From: Candidatus Babeliales bacterium
GTDB lineage: Bacteria > Babelota > Babeliae > Babelales > JACPOV01
Assembly (NCBI GenBank): GCA_050250855.1
Contig: JBFWNW010000001.1
Span: 409,357 to 473,356, forward strand
DNA: 64,000 bases
Reading direction: 5' to 3'
This document shows positions 27,184 through 35,690 of this stretch, piece after piece. The notes beneath the pieces are model-generated. The model searched no databases. It worked only from the letters and a program-made list of their open reading frames with translations, and was not told where the DNA came from. Each line of letters begins with the position of its first letter. Position 1 is the first letter of the stretch. The translations under genes were made by a program, and so were the position numbers.

Positions 27184-27672
27184 TTATTGATAATATTCTT
27201 CAAAAGTAGTTTGTAAAAGTAAAATTTTGAAAAAATACTTTATACTTATATATAAACCATACCCAGGTAATTTTTCAATAAATGATATGACTGGGTATCT
27301 TTTTCTAACGATTTTTCCATCACAGCTTCCATAATAAGAGGAAATGATTATATTTTCAGTTTCCTTATCAACCATTCCCTCATGCATAAGTCCAAGCTTT
27401 TCAAAAGTATTAATTGTTTCTTGTTTAAAGCGTTTATATTCTTCCTTTTTTTGATTTTCTGCCTCTTGGGGACTTAGATCTGGGTCGTTTGTGTAAAAAC
27501 AATATTGAACTAAAAAGAAGTAGGGCCATTTATCAATTTCATGTAAAGCTTCCCATACCTTGTCTATTTTTTCTTGTGGAACATCGACACCATTGCGTAA
27601 TACTGTTGCTTCAAGGACATTATTATTTAAAAAATTAAGAACTAAAAACACAATAAATAGCTTTTTTTTCAT
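27184..27672 (-). CDS. Hypothetical secreted protein
   Basis: 162 aa. The signal peptide MKKKLFIVFLVLNFLNNN is shared with the two upstream genes. Confidence 0.45.
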   Translation of the reverse strand: MKKKLFIVFLVLNFLNNNVLEATVLRNGVDVPQEKIDKVWEALHEIDKWPYFFLVQYCFYTNDPDLSPQEAENQKKEEYKRFKQETINTFEKLGLMHEGMVDKETENIIISSYYGSCDGKIVRKRYPVISFIEKLPGYGLYISIKYFFKILLLQTTFEEYYQ

Positions 27673-27686
27673 AAGGACTACTTAGC

Positions 27687-28226
27687 TTAACTTTTTAAAT
27701 GCCAAGATAAGCAGACACGGTCTTTGCATTCACCATTTTCATCCAAAGGCCAAAATTCTTGGTTTGGTTCTTGTTTAAAAAGTTCCTGATAGAGATTTAT
27801 TAAATTTTCTTTTTGCTCGGGAGTCGCTGGCTCAGGTTTTTCAGCTGGCACATGATGCATGAATTTCCCCAATAATTTTTTGCAGAAATTTTTATATTCA
27901 TGTGTAAATAATATAAATGTATGCCAATAATCATCAAGCTCTTTATGAAACATAGGTAGTGGCATAGTTGATACAGAACCTGCTATTGCAAATTTTTTAA
28001 ATTCTAGATCAAGAATCTTTAAACGTTCATTAGATACTTCTTCATGTTCTTTTTTATAACGATTCATGACAAATGTTGTATCGTAAGCAAATATTTTTTC
28101 TCTAGATTCTATTGATATGGTACTAGGCGCAGACTTTGGTACCCCACATGTCATAACAGAAAAATTATTGCCGTTATTATTTAAGAAATTAAGAAGTAAA
28201 AACACAATAGATAATTTTTTTTTCAT
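27687..28226 (-). CDS. Secreted protein with a conserved DDYWHTFILFTHEYKNFC...HHVP motif (paralog 1)
   Basis: 179 aa with a signal peptide. Highly similar to the 28370-28972 protein over ~140 aa. Confidence 0.5.
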   Translation of the reverse strand: MKKKLSIVFLLLNFLNNNGNNFSVMTCGVPKSAPSTISIESREKIFAYDTTFVMNRYKKEHEEVSNERLKILDLEFKKFAIAGSVSTMPLPMFHKELDDYWHTFILFTHEYKNFCKKLLGKFMHHVPAEKPEPATPEQKENLINLYQELFKQEPNQEFWPLDENGECKDRVCLSWHLKS

Positions 28227-28369
28227 GATAAAGCCTTTGCTGTTTAATTAAATAGCAGCAACACCAATCGTTACTGCTATTATTACTTTTACTGTTAATA
28301 GTTTAATATTTAGTGAGCTAAATATCCATTGAATAGAAGGCGCAATACCATTGTTTCAAGCTTGAAATA

Positions 28370-28972
28370 TTAAAAATCACAACTTTCACTTTCACAGTTG
28401 AAGTTACAAGCTCTACCACAAATGGAACCACACCAGCTTGTACAGTCGCTAAATTTCTCATTTTTACTCAAGGGCCAAAATTCTTGGTTTGGTTCATGAT
28501 TAAAAAGCTTCTGATATAAATTTATTAAATTTTCTTTTTGCTCAATGCTTACTGGTTCTGGATTTTCAGCAGGTACATGATGCATAAATTTCCCCAATAA
28601 TTTTTTGCAGAAATTTTTATATTCATGCGTAAATAATATAAATGTATGCCAATAATCATCAAGATCTTTGTTGCACATAGGTAATGGCATAGTTGATACA
28701 GAACCTGCTATTGCAAATTTCTTAAACTCTAGATCAAGGATTTGTAAGCGATCATCAGATACGTCTTTATGTTCTTTTCTATAGCGATTCATGACAAATG
28801 TTGTATCGTAAGCAAATATTTGTTCTCTAGATTCTATTGATAGGTTACTAGGTTCAGATTTTGGGACGCCACATGTCATAACCGGTGCATAGCAATCCAT
28901 GCTTGAAGAATTATTACCGTTATTATTTAAGAAATTAAGAAGTAAAAACACAATAGATAATTTTTTTTTCAT
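28370..28972 (-). CDS. Secreted protein with the DDYWHTFILFTHEYKNFC...HHVP motif and a Cys-rich C-terminal tail (paralog 2)
   Basis: 200 aa. The tail reads CTSWCGSICGRACNFNCESESCDF. Confidence 0.5.
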   Translation of the reverse strand: MKKKLSIVFLLLNFLNNNGNNSSSMDCYAPVMTCGVPKSEPSNLSIESREQIFAYDTTFVMNRYRKEHKDVSDDRLQILDLEFKKFAIAGSVSTMPLPMCNKDLDDYWHTFILFTHEYKNFCKKLLGKFMHHVPAENPEPVSIEQKENLINLYQKLFNHEPNQEFWPLSKNEKFSDCTSWCGSICGRACNFNCESESCDF

Positions 28973-29039
28973 AATGCTCCTTTTGTGGATTCGTTATATA
29001 AAAATCTTTATGCAATTTTGTATGAAAGTGTTTTTTTTG

Positions 29040-30467
29040 TCAATATTTTTCTGAAAATAAGCTGAAATTACCATCCTTAACCTCATAAATCGTAGAAATT
29101 GATAATTCTTTTAAAAATTCTAGATCATGAGTTACTATAATCATTGCTCCTGAATAAGCATTAAGAACTTTTATAACATGCCTCCGTATTTCAAGATCAA
29201 TATTATTAGTTATTTCATCAAGCAGTAAAAGAGAAGGATTACGTGCTGCAAGTTGCGCTAAGCATAACCGTGCTTTTTCACCACCTGATAGCGATGAAAT
29301 TTTAGCTGCGATGCTTTCCTGAGCGCTGAAAAGAAAATCATTTAAATGTTTGCGCACTTGTTGACTTGACCACATAGGAGCAGCATCTTGTATGATTTCT
29401 TCAACTGTTAAGTTGCAGTTAAGTGTTGAATAGTGTTGATCTAAATAACCAATATCATTTTTTTCTGGTATTAGCCATTCTCCTTGCAATAGTATTGCTG
29501 AATCTTGTAAAATAGCTTTTAATAGTGTTGATTTTCCAGTGCCATTATCACCTATAATTGCAATTCTAGTATCGCCTTGTAGTTGGAGATTTATATCTTT
29601 AAGCAAAGGATTTTTATAACCACAACTTCCATGATTAATAGAGACAATTGATTTTTTTGAAGGTGTTTTGCATGCTTCAAGATTAAATTTAGGCTCTAGC
29701 TCTTTATGAATAAAGTTATTGGTAAATTGTTGTTGTATATTTTCTTGAGACCTAGATAATCGTTTTAAATTTTTTCCGATAGTTTGTGATCCACTTTCTT
29801 TCATAGCGCCCAATAAACTACGATCATTTTCATTTTTATTACGGGATTTGCTTTGAGAGGCTCTTTTATTTTCTTGTTCTATCAATTTACGCAACTTGCG
29901 TTTTTCCTTGAGCAAATACTCTCGCTGGAGTTCAAGAGTATTTTTTTTGAGATCATGTTCTTTGAGATATTTTTTATAGTTTCCTCGAAAAATACTTATT
30001 AAGCTATGTTCAATATGCCAAATTTCATCAAATTCTAAGTTTAATATATCGGGGTCATGTGAAACTATTATTAATGTCCCAGAATATCGCTGTAACATGT
30101 GAATTAGTGATCTCTTGTTATTTAGGTCTAAATGATTAGTTGGTTCATCAAGGCATAAAATATCAGGATTAAGGCTGAGGGCTTTTGAAAGTTCTTTATT
30201 AAATCGTTGCCCTCCACTTAATTCAGTATACTCTTGAATTGTTTGAGGAACGTAACCAAATACTAAACTATCTGGAATAGTAACAGTCCCCTCGATGGGA
30301 TTTACAAGTCCTTGAATTATTTTAAGCAGGGTAGATTTTCCAGCACCATTAATCCCCATAATAACTATACGCTTTTTGGGATAAATTTGTGCATTAAAGT
30401 TTTCAAAACAAATTTTGTTATGAATAGAAAAAGAAATATTATTAATGCTAATTGGTTTTTTATTCAT
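29040..30467 (-). CDS. ABC-F family ATPase (two fused ABC domains, no TMD)
   Basis: Walker A motifs GINGAGKST and GDNGTGKST; signatures LSGGQ and LSGGEKARL; a basic coiled linker (KEKRKLRKLIEQENKRASQSKSR). Confidence 0.8.
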   Translation of the reverse strand: MNKKPISINNISFSIHNKICFENFNAQIYPKKRIVIMGINGAGKSTLLKIIQGLVNPIEGTVTIPDSLVFGYVPQTIQEYTELSGGQRFNKELSKALSLNPDILCLDEPTNHLDLNNKRSLIHMLQRYSGTLIIVSHDPDILNLEFDEIWHIEHSLISIFRGNYKKYLKEHDLKKNTLELQREYLLKEKRKLRKLIEQENKRASQSKSRNKNENDRSLLGAMKESGSQTIGKNLKRLSRSQENIQQQFTNNFIHKELEPKFNLEACKTPSKKSIVSINHGSCGYKNPLLKDINLQLQGDTRIAIIGDNGTGKSTLLKAILQDSAILLQGEWLIPEKNDIGYLDQHYSTLNCNLTVEEIIQDAAPMWSSQQVRKHLNDFLFSAQESIAAKISSLSGGEKARLCLAQLAARNPSLLLLDEITNNIDLEIRRHVIKVLNAYSGAMIIVTHDLEFLKELSISTIYEVKDGNFSLFSEKY

Positions 30468-30524
30468 AAAAATAACTCCTACTTATAGCATTAAGTTTAA
30501 ATTATTTTTTAAAACGAGTATATC

Positions 30525-30548
30525 AAACAAGAGTCCGGACTCTTGTTT
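30525..30548 (-). terminator. Perfect 24-nt palindrome between padR-like and ABC-F genes (terminator or attenuator, or an operator)
   Basis: aaacaagagtcc/ggactcttgttt. There is no clean T-run, so its function is uncertain. Confidence 0.3.
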
Positions 30549-30558
30549 AGTGCTTCTA

Positions 30559-31110
30559 CTATGGTAACTGATCCTTTTTTACTTTTTCAAGAGCAGATTC
30601 AATCCATGCTATTTCTGCATTCATATGCGCAATTTGCAGTTGAAAATTCTCAGAAATGTGGCGAGGTGCTTTTGTCTCTTTCATGCGCAAGGGGGTTAAG
30701 TGTTGCATAGAGTCAACAATTGACTTTAAAATGCGCACTCTATTTTCTAAAGCAAGAACAATCTCTTCTTTTGGCAGCATATTCATAAATGTCAATGCAA
30801 CTTGAAAAGGATCGATGATTGGCTTTATTTCCCACCATTGATTACGCAGAAGGCGCTTAAACTCCTCCTTACCACTTTCTGTTATTTCGTAGATTGTTTT
30901 GCCTGATGCTTCTTGTACCGTTGCATCACTGCATACCGGTTGTACAAGACCTTCTTCTGCCATAGATTTAAGGGCAAAATAGAGAGACCCATAAGCAATG
31001 TTCGCCCACTTTTCTGCATTCCATGATTCAAGCTCTTGCCGAATCTCATAGCCATGCTTAGGGCCACGTTGTGCCAATACTCCTAAAATGAGTATACGTG
31101 CTGAAGACAT
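30559..31110 (-). CDS. PadR-family transcriptional regulator
   Basis: ILGVLAQRGPKHGYEIRQELESW...YGSLYFALKSMAEEGLV is a PadR winged-helix signature. Confidence 0.8.
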   Translation of the reverse strand: MSSARILILGVLAQRGPKHGYEIRQELESWNAEKWANIAYGSLYFALKSMAEEGLVQPVCSDATVQEASGKTIYEITESGKEEFKRLLRNQWWEIKPIIDPFQVALTFMNMLPKEEIVLALENRVRILKSIVDSMQHLTPLRMKETKAPRHISENFQLQIAHMNAEIAWIESALEKVKKDQLP

Positions 31111-31262
31111 AAAAACTCCTTGGTGTTAAAAATTAAATATAAACTTATATACAAGTTTGTATAAAATATTGATCATTGTCAAGATATTGTTAATTAATTT
31201 GAAAATTCGTTTGATATGTATTAATATTATATGCATACAAATCATTTTGAGAAGGATAAAAT

Positions 31263-31700
31263 ATGCTAATTATTGAGCACTGTGTTGAAACGGCGGCCCG
31301 ACCGGAGACTGTTTGGGCGTTATACCAAGATGTATCGGCGTGGCCTTTATGGGATAAGGAAGTTGAATATGCGAAATTGCTTGGTCCTTTTGCTCTAGGT
31401 ACCAAGGGTAAGCTTAAGCCGGTTGGCGGTCCCGAGGTGCCGTTTGAGATTACGCACTTAGAACCTTTTAAAATATTTTCAGATACATCGTATGTACCTC
31501 TTGGTACGTTAATGTTTATGCATACGTTAAAAAAGCAGGCCAATGGCAAAACTGAAATATGCCATAAGGTTGAAATAAAAGGTTTTCTGAAATATTTTTG
31601 GGCGTTTGTCATTGGTAGGAATATAAAAAAAGGGCTCCCCCATGCAATGCAAAGTTTAGCAGCATTAGCAGAAAAGAAAGAAGCCAATGAAAGAAAATAA
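31263..31700 (+). CDS. SRPBCC (START/polyketide-cyclase-like) family protein
   Basis: 145 aa. The N-terminus is IEHCVETAARPETVWALYQDVSAWPLWD. The RBS is gagaagga. Confidence 0.65.
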   Translation: MLIIEHCVETAARPETVWALYQDVSAWPLWDKEVEYAKLLGPFALGTKGKLKPVGGPEVPFEITHLEPFKIFSDTSYVPLGTLMFMHTLKKQANGKTEICHKVEIKGFLKYFWAFVIGRNIKKGLPHAMQSLAALAEKKEANERK

Positions 31701-32139
31701 ATGGGAATTAAGCCGTTTTACCTCAGCTCAAGAAAGTCCAGGGTTTCTTTTGTGGCAAGTATATCTTGTATGGAAGCGTAAGATTGAATCTCGTTTAGAG
31801 TTTTTTAATCTTACCCATATACAGTTTGTGTTGCTTGCCGGGCTTGCTTATTTGCAAAAAAATAATGCTGACGTCAGTCAAGTGGAACTGGCTAATTTTA
31901 CTCAATGTGATGTTGCCATGACGTCTCAAGTGTTACGAACCCTAGTAAAAAAAAATTTAATAGAACGTTATCAAAAGCCAGACGATGAGCGCGCTAAATA
32001 TCCAAGACTCACCGCTCATGGTTTAAAAACATTGGAATCTGCTATTAAGGAGGTTGAATCAATAGATCATAATTTTTTTAATCTAGGAGCTGATTATAAA
32101 ATATTTTTAACATGTTTGCAGCAATTAATAACACGATAA
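31687..32139 (+). CDS. MarR-family transcriptional regulator
   Basis: 150 aa. LTHIQFVLLAGLAYL...VSQVELANFTQCDVAMTSQVLRTLVKKNLIER...DERAKYPRLTAHG is a MarR wHTH. Confidence 0.75.
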   Translation: MKENKWELSRFTSAQESPGFLLWQVYLVWKRKIESRLEFFNLTHIQFVLLAGLAYLQKNNADVSQVELANFTQCDVAMTSQVLRTLVKKNLIERYQKPDDERAKYPRLTAHGLKTLESAIKEVESIDHNFFNLGADYKIFLTCLQQLITR

Positions 32140-32166
32140 TATTTAATTATTCATTAAAAAGGATTT

Positions 32167-32880
32167 ATGATGACGACACTTTTATATTTACAAGATCCCA
32201 AGCAATTGGAAAGCAAGGTTACTATTCTTTCAGAAGGAATGGATGAAAGAGGAAAGTATTTTATTACTGATAAAACGCCATGCTATCCTCAAGGCGGTGG
32301 ACAACCTGCAGATCAAGGCCTCCTAGCTTTGCATGATGCTTCTTACACCATTAAAGATGTTCGCAAGGTTGAAGGAGAGATTCGTCACTATTGCGACCAG
32401 CAGATTTCTTTGCAAGAACCAGCTTTTTTGACGGTTGATGCAGCACGAAGAGTTCTTAATACCCGTTATCATACTGCAGGACATTTACTCAGCCTTATAG
32501 TAGAAAATCTTGATAGTACCTTGAAAGCGATCAAGGGTCATCAATTTCCAGGGGAAGCATATGTTGAATTTGTAGGAACACCACAAAACAGCGAACAGCT
32601 TTTGACCGACGCACAAAATTATATTAATAGGGCCCTAGAACAGAACTTTGGTGTAGTAATTAAAAATCTTGAAGGACAAGAAGCATGCGATTACATGCAA
32701 CACAATCCAGGCGGGGAATTTTTAGCAACGAGCAATGTTCGTTTATGCATTATTGGTGACTTTAAACCAGTTGCTTGTGGTGGAACCCATGTAGAAATCC
32801 TAAGCTCTCTTGGTACGGTGCAGATAACAAAAATAAAAACAAAGAAAGGTAATACTAAAATTTCTTATATGTTACCGTAG
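32167..32880 (+). CDS. alaX: AlaX-type Ser/Gly-tRNA(Ala) editing deacylase
   Basis: 237 aa. The HxxxH motif (RYHTAGHLL) and CxxxH motif (ACGGTHV) match the threonyl/alanyl-tRNA synthetase second additional domain. Confidence 0.75.
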   Translation: MMTTLLYLQDPKQLESKVTILSEGMDERGKYFITDKTPCYPQGGGQPADQGLLALHDASYTIKDVRKVEGEIRHYCDQQISLQEPAFLTVDAARRVLNTRYHTAGHLLSLIVENLDSTLKAIKGHQFPGEAYVEFVGTPQNSEQLLTDAQNYINRALEQNFGVVIKNLEGQEACDYMQHNPGGEFLATSNVRLCIIGDFKPVACGGTHVEILSSLGTVQITKIKTKKGNTKISYMLP

Positions 32881-32889
32881 GTAAATTTT

Positions 32890-34830
32890 TTATAACTTGT
32901 TTTTATCAAGAATTTTAGAACTTGCTTTATACTCTTGATAACATTCCCATGGTGTTTTTTCTGAACCAAATTTGGGTTGCGTCACTACAACGTCTTCTTG
33001 AACAAGTTTTTCTAAAAGAGTATCGAGCTTATGCATCACGCGAGCAAAGCTTTCAGGATTCGCTGTATTGAATGATTGTATTTGCACGCCATCCCCTATT
33101 GCTTTTTGGACGGTATCTTCAGTAACAATCCATGCAAACTCTTTTTCATCTGAATTAATTATTTTCTCAGGATTACTTTTGAGGGTTTCTAGCAGCTCTA
33201 AAACATTATCGCTATTCCTCGTTTCAAACAAATAGCTCAAAGGTCCTTCTCGTTTTAATTGAGCTTTTGCTTTATAGCCCCCAGATTTTGCTAGGTATAT
33301 ATGTTTTTCCAGATGGTTTTTTGGTACAGAAATCTGAATAAGATTGCCATATATAGAAAGATTATTAAATTCTTCTTCTAATGAATCAATCTCTTTTTTA
33401 TGCTTTAGATAAAAGCTTCCTTGTTTGAATTTCTCAAAAATTTCTTTTGACTGAATGTTAAGTTTCGAAATATTTGAATTGTTCAGAAAATATTGAGGTG
33501 TAGAGCTTCCTAGATTAGTGGTATTTGCAAACAATGCATAGTTGGTAAATAGTAATGCTTGACGTGAATTCTTATCAAATCTTCCTTCACGCAAGATTTT
33601 TCGACGTAGTTCCTTTTCTTGTGCAATGTGTTGAGCACTTTGATTACAGTCACTATTCTCAGGAAAGCGAGTAAAAATATAGTTATCAAGTTGTTTGGTA
33701 TGCTTTAATTGCCATAATTTTGTATATAAAAGCTCGAGCCAATAAATATTCCACATTTGTGCATGATAAAATACATAGTGTTTTTTTTGTATAAGCTCAG
33801 CTTCATATTCCATAGCTTTATTGAATACCTCAAGAGTAGTATTAAGATGTTCAAAGGATTCAGTGAATTCTGAAATGTTTTCTTGCAGGTGATTACCACT
33901 TTGTGTATTTGGTATTATCCTAAAATTGAAGTTTTGAGCTAAAAAAGGAAATAATAAACTTTTTTGTTTTTCATTTGACAGCGCATATATGACAGGAAAA
34001 TGTTTGATTTTTTTTTCATTTTTGAGCATTTTAATAATATTTGAGAGAATAATATTTCTTTGCTCTTCATTTGAATGGTGATAGATCCAAAGCAAATCTT
34101 CAATTTCACGGTCTTGTTTAAGTATTTGTAGCAATACATCTTTTTGTTCATCAGTTGACTCTTCATAAATCCAACCTAAATGGCAAACTTCTTTACCTTC
34201 TTTGAATGCTTGTACAATAGCTGAAATTACTATATCTTTTTGTTCTTTAGATGAATGAGAATAGATCGAAGGTAAAACCTGAATATCTTTGCCTTGTTTA
34301 AGCTCTTGCACCATATCTGAAAGCATGACATCCTTTTGCTCAGTTGTTAATGAACAATAGAGGTTGATATCATCTCCAAACCACCATCGAAGACCTTTGA
34401 CATACATTGTTGCCCACAGGCCGGCACTCGCAGGCATGATTTTATTATTGGAGAGTTGAGAGTGGGCGGTAGTTTGTAAACCAAGCGGCAATTGTTTTTT
34501 GTTGTGTTGATAATTCATAGCACGTACTGCTTGCAAGCCAAGAGCAGATTGATTATGTGCTAAGGTTTTGCCAAAGTTTGCAAAAAGAGAGAGGTTGTTT
34601 AAGGTCGTCGGCAGCATAGCAGTTTTTGGCTGCTTGCCAAGAACTTGTGCTGCTTTTTGTGCACCAAGAGCTCCTTGGTCTTTGAGCCAGGTTTGCGCTG
34701 CTTTATTGAAAAAGCCTTGAGCGCTTTGGGTGCTTTTTTGTACCAATTTTTGTAGGGCCTGCATAGGATAGGCCGATTGTTGCATGAAAACCAAACCTGT
34801 GCAAACAGCTATTTTAACCAGTTTATGCAT
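32890..34830 (-). CDS. Secreted protein: conserved N-terminal region, ~32-aa 'IY.xS.EEQK..L' repeats and a unique ~320-aa C-terminal domain
   Basis: 646 aa. The N-terminal ~160 aa are nearly identical to the 35691-37280 protein. Repeat examples: LPSIYSHSSKEQKDIVISAIVQAFKEGKEVCH and LLWIYHHSNEEQRNIILSNIIKMLKNEKKIKH. Confidence 0.55.
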   Translation of the reverse strand: MHKLVKIAVCTGLVFMQQSAYPMQALQKLVQKSTQSAQGFFNKAAQTWLKDQGALGAQKAAQVLGKQPKTAMLPTTLNNLSLFANFGKTLAHNQSALGLQAVRAMNYQHNKKQLPLGLQTTAHSQLSNNKIMPASAGLWATMYVKGLRWWFGDDINLYCSLTTEQKDVMLSDMVQELKQGKDIQVLPSIYSHSSKEQKDIVISAIVQAFKEGKEVCHLGWIYEESTDEQKDVLLQILKQDREIEDLLWIYHHSNEEQRNIILSNIIKMLKNEKKIKHFPVIYALSNEKQKSLLFPFLAQNFNFRIIPNTQSGNHLQENISEFTESFEHLNTTLEVFNKAMEYEAELIQKKHYVFYHAQMWNIYWLELLYTKLWQLKHTKQLDNYIFTRFPENSDCNQSAQHIAQEKELRRKILREGRFDKNSRQALLFTNYALFANTTNLGSSTPQYFLNNSNISKLNIQSKEIFEKFKQGSFYLKHKKEIDSLEEEFNNLSIYGNLIQISVPKNHLEKHIYLAKSGGYKAKAQLKREGPLSYLFETRNSDNVLELLETLKSNPEKIINSDEKEFAWIVTEDTVQKAIGDGVQIQSFNTANPESFARVMHKLDTLLEKLVQEDVVVTQPKFGSEKTPWECYQEYKASSKILDKNKL

Positions 34831-34895
34831 AACACTCCATATTGTTAATTTTCTTGCTTTGCTTAAGAGCTTTCTCTAATGAAACAAATAATTAC

Positions 34896-35666
34896 TTAAA
34901 TATCTTTTATGATATTAGTAATTTTTTTACATACTTCTTCTTGTCCGTATCTCTGATTTCCATAAAATAGTTTACCTAGCCCTACCGTTAACAATCGTAC
35001 AATTTTTGTTCCATCACAAGTTCGAGACAAAGGTAAAATATTTGAAATAATATTTGAAATGATATGCAAACCCATCAAAAACTTGATTAAACTTGTATTA
35101 AATCTTTTTTCATCTTGTTCATCATGCAATGATTCATAATAAGAACATCCCTTGAATGCCGTATAAGCATACATCAATCCGGCTAATGGCCCTGCTGCAA
35201 GCATAGTTGACAATGTCAAGATAGGGTACTTAGGTATACTTAACGATGAAGCATCAGCTCTGACAGATCCATTACCTAATGGAATTGGTGAAATATACAT
35301 AGATGGACCCGAATATTCTAAAGCTAAAGATTTTTTAAAAAACAACTTCTGAGGAAATTGCCCATAAAGTGATAGTATTGCAGCATGCCCCATTTCATGA
35401 ACTAATACTCCACCCCTCTCAAGAGCATAGAGCAATACTCCATTTTCCATAGTATTTCCAATAATATTTTTATTACGTTTAAAATATTCTAGTATTGTTT
35501 CATCTTTAGATTTACTCAATTCCCGTAATGTTTCAATCGCTTTATCTTTACATTCCATAGCAATAATGCTCACTGGATTTTCTTTGTTACAATCTTGCAT
35601 GGCTACCAGTGAAAAAACATTAAGGCACAATAACGTAATTAATTTTATTCTTTTCATGAACGCCAA
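34896..35666 (-). CDS. M50 (site-2-protease-like) membrane metalloprotease
   Basis: 256 aa. Contains an HExxH (LVHEMGHAAI) and a distal NxxPxxxxDG motif (NILPLSRTCDGTKI), with hydrophobic segments. Confidence 0.6.
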   Translation of the reverse strand: MAFMKRIKLITLLCLNVFSLVAMQDCNKENPVSIIAMECKDKAIETLRELSKSKDETILEYFKRNKNIIGNTMENGVLLYALERGGVLVHEMGHAAILSLYGQFPQKLFFKKSLALEYSGPSMYISPIPLGNGSVRADASSLSIPKYPILTLSTMLAAGPLAGLMYAYTAFKGCSYYESLHDEQDEKRFNTSLIKFLMGLHIISNIISNILPLSRTCDGTKIVRLLTVGLGKLFYGNQRYGQEEVCKKITNIIKDI

Positions 35667-35690
35667 ACCTGTTGTTTGTAATCCTATTTT

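Noticed and set aside
31190-31687. 165-aa minus-strand ORF
   Set aside because: It lies entirely antisense to the well-supported SRPBCC gene (31263-31700). It has no RBS or recognisable motifs and its composition is typical of a shadow ORF.
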